This document shows positions 29,453 through 35,979 of a stretch of DNA of 35,979 bases, in pieces. The position numbers were made by a program, and so were the translations under genes. The stretch's first letter is position 1, and each line of letters starts with the position of its first letter. The notes under the pieces are model-generated. The model did no database searches. It was not told the origin of the DNA and worked only from the letters and a program-made list of their open reading frames with translations. The stretch comes from Promethearchaeota archaeon (GTDB lineage Archaea; Asgardarchaeota; Lokiarchaeia; Sigyniarchaeales; SOKP01): NCBI GenBank assembly GCA_016840165.1, contig JAEOSU010000023.1:1-35979 (forward strand), in the 5' to 3' direction.

Positions 29453-29941
29453 ATGTCAGATAAACATATAAGTAAAGAAGATATAATTATAAGGAATTAT
29501 CGAACTTCAGATTATAAAGCTACTTTAGATATTTTAAAGGACCTTCATACTCAGTTTGACATCGGTTTGGATGAAGAAAAATGGAAAGAATCCTCCGGGT
29601 TAAGGCAATTTAAGCCCAATTTAAAACGAATCACTTTAATCGCCGAAATCAAATCCACAGGTCAAGTTGTTTCCATGGGAATGTTAGAGGCAGTGAAGAA
29701 TAATATTGGGCAATATATTGGTTATTTGAATAACTGGGCTACGAAAAAAGAAGTTATTGGTAAAGGAGTAGGTAAAATCTTAGCAGATAAAGCTATCCAG
29801 ATACTCCAATCATGGGGTTGTGAAAGTGTGCGTATCAATATGGCCTATGAAGGCGAGAGAAAGCTTATTGATATTTTTGGGAAATTAGGATTTCATCCCA
29901 TTCTTATTGTTCTAGAAAAGAAATTTGATTTGAATGAATAA
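29453..29941 (+). CDS. GNAT family N-acetyltransferase
   Basis: IIIRNY, GKGVGKIL (motif A) and FGKLGF. Confidence 0.8.
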   Translation: MSDKHISKEDIIIRNYRTSDYKATLDILKDLHTQFDIGLDEEKWKESSGLRQFKPNLKRITLIAEIKSTGQVVSMGMLEAVKNNIGQYIGYLNNWATKKEVIGKGVGKILADKAIQILQSWGCESVRINMAYEGERKLIDIFGKLGFHPILIVLEKKFDLNE

Positions 29942-30059
29942 ATCTGAATAATTTTTTTCCTTATAGTTATCATTTTCTTCGCAAATTGGGCGAAAATTAT
30001 TCGCAATTTATATTCAGCTTCATAGTTCTCTCTTTTAGGAAAAAATAAAATATATTTAA

Positions 30060-30099
30060 TGTGAAAAATTGAACCTTATATAATTACAAATTTTTCACA
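30060..30099 (+). promoter_or_regulatory. TATA box bracketed by a perfect 11-bp inverted repeat
   Basis: TGTGAAAAATT (30060-30070), TTATATAA (30076-30083), AATTTTTCACA (30089-30099). RBS GAGGT precedes ATG 30141. Confidence 0.6.
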
Positions 30100-30140
30100 A
30101 CATAAATTAAATAGTAAAAAATTTGAGGTAAAAATACAAA

Positions 30141-31583
30141 ATGCCAATTGGTATAAAAAGTTATGGAGCATATTTGCCAAAATATTTGCTCCCAAGAGAT
30201 CTCATCTCAAACGCGTGGGATTTTCCAAACGTACCTGGCACTAAAGCATTTGCCCTGGCGGACGAAGATACTATAACAATGTCTGTCGAAGCTGGGTTAG
30301 ACTGCTTAGCGGGATTTGACCCAAAAACCGTTGATGGTCTATTTTTTGCATCGACGACTCAAGTATATACCGAAAAAGATTCAGCGTCACTCATTGCCAC
30401 TGTATTAGACATGAGAGAGAATATTATTACTGCTGATTTTACTGACTCCACAAAAGCCGCTACAACCGCAGTTGCACGAGCAGTAGATACTATAAAAGCA
30501 AATGACGATATTAAATCTATTCTTATTGTCTCTGCAGATACCAGAAAACCCGAACCCTCGACTATGTGGGAATTTGGATTTGCTGATGGCGCTGCAGCCC
30601 TTTTAATCGCCGAAGAAGATAATATCCCACTGTCCATCGAAGATTATTATTCGTTTTCTGCAAATGTGACTGGCCCATGGAAACGCGCTGATAAAGATGA
30701 GTTTATTCGAACATTTGAACCGAAGACTGATGCCATGTTTTATACACAATATATTACTAAAGCAATGGGAGAAATTCTTAAACGAAATAATCTCAAGCCA
30801 GAAGAAATTGATGTTGCAGCATATTATTATAACAATCCACGCATGCATGGAAGAATCTCTAAAATAATGAAGTTTAATCAAGGAGTTGCTCAAAATAGCC
30901 TCTTCTTTCAAATTGGGGATACAGGAACTCCTATGCCCTTCATGCTCCTTATCGCCGCATTACGACGACCTAAAGATGATGCAAAAATCATCATGGCCGG
31001 ATTTGGTGATGGTGCAGATGCTATCCTACTGCAAGTGAGAGATAGAAGTGCACTCCGAGACCTTGGAAAAACTCGATTAGGACTTATCGGTCACCAAAAA
31101 TCAATGATTGCCACTAAAAATTATAACAAACTTCTTGACTCAAAAGAGTTGCTCGAAAAAGATAGATATATCCGAAAAAGCTCTGCAGTGCTAATCTGGA
31201 GAGACACCGCCTCCGTTTATAGATGGTACGGTTTGAAATGTAAAAATTGCGGTGCTGTTCAATATCCTGACATGCTTCGTTCCTGTTATGTCTGTCGTGC
31301 TGACGACCAACTCGAACATGTAAAATTAGCGCTTAAAGGGACGATTTTCACTTACACATTAGACCATCTCGTTGGAGGTTCCTATCTGCAAACTCCCGTA
31401 CCTCGCTGTGTTATCGATCTTGATGGCGGAGGACGTGTGCTCTTGAATATGTCCGAAATTGAGAAACCCGAAGAAAATGTAGAAATCGGGATGCGAGTCG
31501 AGCTTACCTTCCGAAAAGAACATGAAGGTGCTGAATTTAAGAACTATTATTGGAAATGTCGACCCGAAAGGGGGAGACCATAA
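30141..31583 (+). CDS. HMG-CoA synthase-like thiolase-fold domain fused to DUF35 (Zn-ribbon + OB-fold)
   Basis: GIKSYGAYLP, DEDTITM, FFAST, GDTG and GFGDGAD. C-terminal CKNC...CYVC, GTIFTYT and VEIGMRVELTFR. The catalytic Cys position reads DSTKA. Confidence 0.85.
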   Translation: MPIGIKSYGAYLPKYLLPRDLISNAWDFPNVPGTKAFALADEDTITMSVEAGLDCLAGFDPKTVDGLFFASTTQVYTEKDSASLIATVLDMRENIITADFTDSTKAATTAVARAVDTIKANDDIKSILIVSADTRKPEPSTMWEFGFADGAAALLIAEEDNIPLSIEDYYSFSANVTGPWKRADKDEFIRTFEPKTDAMFYTQYITKAMGEILKRNNLKPEEIDVAAYYYNNPRMHGRISKIMKFNQGVAQNSLFFQIGDTGTPMPFMLLIAALRRPKDDAKIIMAGFGDGADAILLQVRDRSALRDLGKTRLGLIGHQKSMIATKNYNKLLDSKELLEKDRYIRKSSAVLIWRDTASVYRWYGLKCKNCGAVQYPDMLRSCYVCRADDQLEHVKLALKGTIFTYTLDHLVGGSYLQTPVPRCVIDLDGGGRVLLNMSEIEKPEENVEIGMRVELTFRKEHEGAEFKNYYWKCRPERGRP

Positions 31584-31597
31584 AGGAGGTTGAAAAA

Positions 31598-32811
31598 ATG
31601 AGAAAAGGAATTAAAGACCAAGTTGCAATAATCGGCTGCGATATGACCAAATACGGCGAGCGATGGGATAAGAACCAATATGACCTGCTCTTTGAAGCGT
31701 TCCAAAGCGCTCTAAAAGACGCAGGTGTTCAGAAAGATGACATAGATGCTTCCTGGTGCGGGATATTCTACTATTTCACAGGTCTCTCTGGAGCTATGGT
31801 GGAAGATATTTTACGTTTGGATGGTAAGCCTGCAACTCGGGTAGAAAATTACTGTGCATCGGGAATGGACGCTTTCCGTAAATAATTTCACATTTCGTGA
31901 ATAAGCGGAATGCTAGTTTTGCTGTAGCGTCCGGTGCCTATGATATAGTACTTGCTTGTGGCGTAGAGAAGCTCATGGACGAGGGCGGTAGTGGTCTGCC
32001 GGGATTTACGATTTTTGGTCACCCTGTTTATCCGACACCTTCCGCGCCGGCGATGTTCTCGATGGCTGCTACCCGAAGCTTTCACGAATATGGATGGACT
32101 AAAGAGGATCTGGCGAGAGTTGCGGTTAAGAATCATGATAACGGAGCCGATCACCCAAAAGCACACTTCCGAACTCGTGTTACTGTAGACCAAGTAATGA
32201 AAGCACCTATGATCGCAGACCCACTGGGTAGATTTGACTGTTGTGCGATGTCAGATGGAGCGGCTGCATTGATTTTGACGCGACCTGAGTTAGCAGAAAG
32301 TTATGCTCATGCGGACGATTATATTTTAGTTAAAGCTAATGCCATTTCCGCGCGAACTAACTTTCCATGGTACATCCCACCGAATGGTCCTGGAGCAGAC
32401 TTCACACACTTCCCAGCGACCACGAAAGCCGCAGAATATGCCTATAAAGAAGCGGGAATTACTGATCCTCGCAAACAAATCGATTGTGCGGAAGTTCATG
32501 ACTGTTTCACAATAACCGAGTTAATAAATTGCCAAGATTTACAATTCTGCGATCGAGGACAAGCTGCTGAGGAACTCAAGAATGGAACATTCAACTGGAA
32601 TGGAGAAACAGCCGTGAATCCTTCAGGAGGGCTAAAAAGTTTTGGTCATCCGATTGGTTCTACTGGTTGTCGTATGCTCACGGAAATTACCAAACAACTT
32701 CAGGGAAGAGCCGAGGGACGCCAAGTTCCGGACGCTAAGATTGGTTTATGTCACAATCTCGGTGGTGCGTTTAGTGTCTGTTCAGTTACCGTATTAGGCC
32801 AAAGAGATTAA
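31598..32811 (+). CDS. Acetyl-CoA C-acyltransferase (SCP2/archaeal-type thiolase), interrupted by a 29-nt insert
   Basis: RBS AGGAGGT and ATG 31598. The 5' part ends RVENYCASGMDAFR and the 3' part resumes RNASFAVASG...GVEK...EVHDCF...GHPIG..HNLGG in another frame. Deleting 31877-31905 gives a 394-aa ORF. Confidence 0.85.
31877..31905 (+). other. 29-nt intervening sequence in the thiolase gene
   Basis: CGTAAATAATTTCACATTTCGTGAATAAG. Contains a TAA stop and a TTCAC/GTGAA hairpin, and is bounded by a CG direct repeat. Confidence 0.8.
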
Positions 32812-32877
32812 ATTTATTTTTTCTTTTTTTTTAGCTCTAATTTAATAGAATATTAAATAACATTAGCATTAAATAAA

Positions 32878-33651
32878 TTATTTTGGGAGACTTCTTTCCC
32901 AATTAATTAGATGTTTTGAACGATAGTAAGAGATATTTTTATAGGTTAAAACAAAAAATGTGATTCTATATAATTTTAATTTCTTAAACTTATGGATTCT
33001 TGTTTCTATATGCTTATCATTATATGTAAAAAATACTCTTGATTCTTTTCTTTCAATAATACCTAACGAATATATTTTTGACGTAGAATCAGCTTTTTGA
33101 AGATCGACAAGTATAGAGTTCAAATATTCTGCATTAGATTTACCTTTACTTTGTATAAAATCCTCATTGGTTGCCGCTAATTCTTTTTCTTCTATTAAGT
33201 AAAATGCCAACTTCAATTTTAATCTACCATGACCTAAATTTTGCATTAAGAATTTAAGTTCAAAAGTGTCATTATCTAATCTCTTAAATTTCAAATCATT
33301 ATAAGGGTAATCCATAAAAGCAATAAAGTAGAAAAGAATAGAAAATATTGAAAATCCAAAGGCTACTAATGATAGTATATCTGAAAATGATGTTATTATG
33401 AGTGAGATTTTAAATAAGCAAATACAAAGTAAGATTATTAGTATAATAGAACTGCAAATAAGAATAATAAATTCAAGAATCTTCTTCCTCCTTGTTATAG
33501 ATAAATATATCTTATTCTCTACTTTTTTTAATCCAGTGTATTTAATACTTTTTGAAAAATTCTCTAACTTTTTAATCATTAATTCACGATCATCTTTCTT
33601 TGAATCAATTTGGTTCAAATTTGTAAAATCGCCCCCTGTTTTAGTATACAA
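32878..33651 (-). CDS. Hypothetical membrane protein (two TM segments)
   Basis: 257-aa ORF with two hydrophobic helices. Start uncertain. Confidence 0.6.
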   Translation of the reverse strand: MYTKTGGDFTNLNQIDSKKDDRELMIKKLENFSKSIKYTGLKKVENKIYLSITRRKKILEFIILICSSIILIILLCICLFKISLIITSFSDILSLVAFGFSIFSILFYFIAFMDYPYNDLKFKRLDNDTFELKFLMQNLGHGRLKLKLAFYLIEEKELAATNEDFIQSKGKSNAEYLNSILVDLQKADSTSKIYSLGIIERKESRVFFTYNDKHIETRIHKFKKLKLYRITFFVLTYKNISYYRSKHLINWERSLPK

Positions 33652-33806
33652 TTTAAAATAATATTATAAAGATCTAAATTTAAATTAATACAAATTTGTA
33701 TAAAAAATTTCTTGTTATGCTTTACATCTAAATTTCATTAGATATTTTAAGTAAAAAATCATACCTTACTAAATAGGGAAAAAGAAATGAAAAAATATTA
33801 TTAACT

Positions 33807-35051
33807 ATGAAGAACACTAAAGAACATACGAAATGGCGATTTTGGCCGGTAAGTTGTTTAGCTTTCATTTTCCCAATAAATGATTTTTTATTGACTATAA
33901 CAATTCCGATATACTTCTTCCAAAAAAGCATAACTACAGAAATAATTAGTTTTTTATTAGTAGGGTCCACAATAACCTATTCTTTTTCTCCGATTTTATT
34001 TTATAAACTCTCAAATAAAATTGGGCGAAGAAAGAGTATAATCCTGTCTATGGTTGGGGTATTTTTCTCTCAATTCATTTACTACTTTACATTAGAACCA
34101 ATGCCATTCTTTTTTTCAAGAGTAATTGAAGGTTTGTTTTTAGGATTTTTTTGGACAAGTTTGCAATCCACTATCTCAGATAACCCAGTTCATGTTCATA
34201 ATCGCTTTATGGCATACTATAATTTCTCTTGGAATTTAGGAGGGTTGACAGGATTTCTAATTGGTACAATAATTTTATCTATTGTCGCTATTCCTGGAAT
34301 TATTTTCTTCTTAGCCCCACTGCTAATTATTCTAAATATTATTATAGCAATAATGTTTTTCCAGGATCCAATAAAAGATTTTAGTGAAAATGTGGAATTG
34401 GAAATTAAGCCTAGAAAATCTAAATTTAATAACGTTAAAACAAAAATAGCAAGAATATTTGGGATGCAGAATGATCGCGATTTAGCAATGTACTATGTCC
34501 CAATAATAATTCCAGTTCTATGCATAGTCACCTTTAGTTTAGCCAAATCTATTGTGAATCTTTTATATCCAATAAAGTCAGAGATTTTAGGATTTCCAGA
34601 ATATACCGTATTCCTTTTTTCATTTTTTACAATTTTTTGTCAAATAGTTACTACTTCTTTAGTAAGCTTAAGAACAATGGAAAGTTTAAAAAAAATAACA
34701 CTTCTCTCTGTTTTGATTTTATCAATAACAATCCTAATATATGGAATTTCTACAAATTTCTTTTCCTTCTCAATTCTTTTCATTTCATTAGGGCTTTTTG
34801 GAGGCTTTCTATACGGAATAGGATTGAGATTTTTTATTATTCTTAATAAACAGAAGAATACAAGTAAATTCACTTATATTTTGGAGAGTTTATTAGGTAT
34901 CGTATTTTTATTCAACCCTATTATAGCAGGTTATATTGCCCTTTTTTCTTTAGACTTAGCTTTTATCATTCTATCTATCCTGATTCTTTTCATTTTAGCA
35001 TTAACATTTTTGTATATAAGAAAAATAAAGATAGCCATACAAAAATATTGA
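33807..35051 (+). CDS. MFS transporter
   Basis: KLSNKIGRRKS motif A, SRVIEG and about 12 TM segments. Confidence 0.82.
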   Translation: MKNTKEHTKWRFWPVSCLAFIFPINDFLLTITIPIYFFQKSITTEIISFLLVGSTITYSFSPILFYKLSNKIGRRKSIILSMVGVFFSQFIYYFTLEPMPFFFSRVIEGLFLGFFWTSLQSTISDNPVHVHNRFMAYYNFSWNLGGLTGFLIGTIILSIVAIPGIIFFLAPLLIILNIIIAIMFFQDPIKDFSENVELEIKPRKSKFNNVKTKIARIFGMQNDRDLAMYYVPIIIPVLCIVTFSLAKSIVNLLYPIKSEILGFPEYTVFLFSFFTIFCQIVTTSLVSLRTMESLKKITLLSVLILSITILIYGISTNFFSFSILFISLGLFGGFLYGIGLRFFIILNKQKNTSKFTYILESLLGIVFLFNPIIAGYIALFSLDLAFIILSILILFILALTFLYIRKIKIAIQKY

Positions 35052-35108
35052 AAAAAAGGATCCAGAGCAACCTTCTTCATTTCAACATTTCGATTTTTAA
35101 ATTTTTTC

Positions 35109-35129
35109 CCAATTTTCTGTGAAAATTGG
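35109..35129. terminator. Hairpin between convergent genes
   Basis: CCAATTTTC-TGT-GAAAATTGG, preceded by a T-run, between the convergent MFS and GT2 genes. Confidence 0.35.
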
Positions 35130-35190
35130 ATGGAAAGGTAAATTCAGCGTCTGATTTCAATGAAAAATTAATGAAAAATTCCAAGCAATT

Positions 35191-35979
35191 CTAAACATTT
35201 TCTAGTTCCTTATAAAGAGGCATAGCACTTATTCTTTTAATAACCTCCCATTTCATAGGATATTTTAAATATTGCTCTAATTGGCTTAAAATTCTGATTG
35301 TGTTAATCATGTATCCATAGAATAATTTATAACCAATTAAATAAAACAAAATTTTTGGCTTTTCCCTTACATCCATATATATCGCAAACATACTGATAAC
35401 TATTTCTATTATCAGAAAGAAAAGAAACCAGAAAAAATAAATTCGTATATATATAAGAAATCCAGAAAATGGATTAAATATAAGTATAAAAGTCCACACA
35501 CCTGCGAAAAAGTCAAACCAAGAAAAAATTAAACCATTCAAAGAAGTCCATGGAATTATAAACAATCCTGTAGTTCCATATTTTGGATTAAAAATCATGT
35601 CTCTATGTTTAATTATTACTTGTAATAATCCTCTATACCAACGATATCTTTGTTTAGCTAAATCAAAAACAGATACTGGAGCTTCTGTATATCCGATTGA
35701 TTTAGGTTCATATTTTATTTTATATCCTGCTCTTAATATTTTTAAAGTTAAGTCTGCGTCTTCTGCAAATGTATCTCCAGTATAGAAACCTACCTCTTTA
35801 ATTATAGATTTTCTAAAAGCTCCTAAAGGACCGGGAACTACTGTCACTTTTCTAAAAAATGCCTCACTTCTTCTTTGAATATTTAACTTAGAAATATATT
35901 CTAAAGCTTGTAATTTTGTAAGTATCTTTTCTCGATTTCCAACTTTTATATTCCCTGCTACGGCTCCAACTTTACTATC
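35191..35979 (-). CDS. Processive GT2 glycosyltransferase (PgaC/IcaA-like), 5'-partial
   Basis: The frame is open to the window end (DSKVGAVAGNIKVGNR...LQALEY). Motifs PGPLGAFR, AEDADL and QRYRW (QxxRW), with C-terminal TMs. Confidence 0.88.
   Translation of the reverse strand, partial: DSKVGAVAGNIKVGNREKILTKLQALEYISKLNIQRRSEAFFRKVTVVPGPLGAFRKSIIKEVGFYTGDTFAEDADLTLKILRAGYKIKYEPKSIGYTEAPVSVFDLAKQRYRWYRGLLQVIIKHRDMIFNPKYGTTGLFIIPWTSLNGLIFSWFDFFAGVWTFILIFNPFSGFLIYIRIYFFWFLFFLIIEIVISMFAIYMDVREKPKILFYLIGYKLFYGYMINTIRILSQLEQYLKYPMKWEVIKRISAMPLYKELENV

Noticed and set aside
30141-31583. Canonical mevalonate-pathway HMG-CoA synthase
   Set aside because: The catalytic Cys motif is absent and DUF35 is fused, so it is annotated only as HMGCS-like.
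31878-31905. GTAAAT...TAAG looks like a spliceosomal GT-AG intron in the thiolase
   Set aside because: It is 28 nt, and its removal gives TTC CCG GAA TGC TAG (frameshift and stop). Only 29-nt (or 32-nt) removal restores the frame near these boundaries.
31550-32811. Two independent genes (111 aa and 304 aa) as in the ORF track
   Set aside because: They are the N- and C-terminal parts of one thiolase split within a conserved helix. GTG 31897 lies inside the insert and has no RBS.
35159-35180. Tandem AATGAAAAATT x2
   Set aside because: Only two low-complexity copies in AT-rich DNA, with no spacers. Not a CRISPR or meaningful array.
5979-35785. Short antisense or nested ORFs in the track (e.g. 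5979-6281, 7094-7276, 14213-14419, 18476-18796, 30359-30911, 31888-32193, 33398-33970)
   Set aside because: They overlap well-supported genes and have no recognisable motifs, so they are shadow ORFs.

Overview
AT-rich, gene-dense window. It is most consistent with an Asgard archaeon of the Lokiarchaeia type, inferred from TATA/BRE-like promoters, tandem double-HdrA/MvhD genes, a pseudo-HisKA-REC regulator and a longin/DENN-like protein. In order it contains two double-HdrA paralogs, mvhD and a receiver protein (1-6.7 kb), then a long carbohydrate/organosulfur utilisation region (9.7-28.3 kb). After that come a DENN-like + GNAT pair, an HMG-CoA-synthase-like/DUF35 + thiolase operon, an MFS and a partial GT2. 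Three things stand out. (1) A tightly coupled four-gene sulfoglycolysis (sulfo-transaldolase) operon: sulfofructose transaldolase, sulfolactaldehyde reductase, SQ isomerase and sulfoquinovosidase (13841-18681). (2) An unannotated small two-TM ORF with in-frame TGA codon(s), followed by a eukaryote-like SECIS-shaped hairpin (13458-13742). (3) A thiolase gene interrupted by a precise 29-nt hairpin-containing insert in a palindromic site. Removing it restores a full 394-aa protein, so it may be a micro-intron, a ribosome-bypass element or a mobile-element footprint. No rRNA, tRNA, CRISPR array or transposase was seen.
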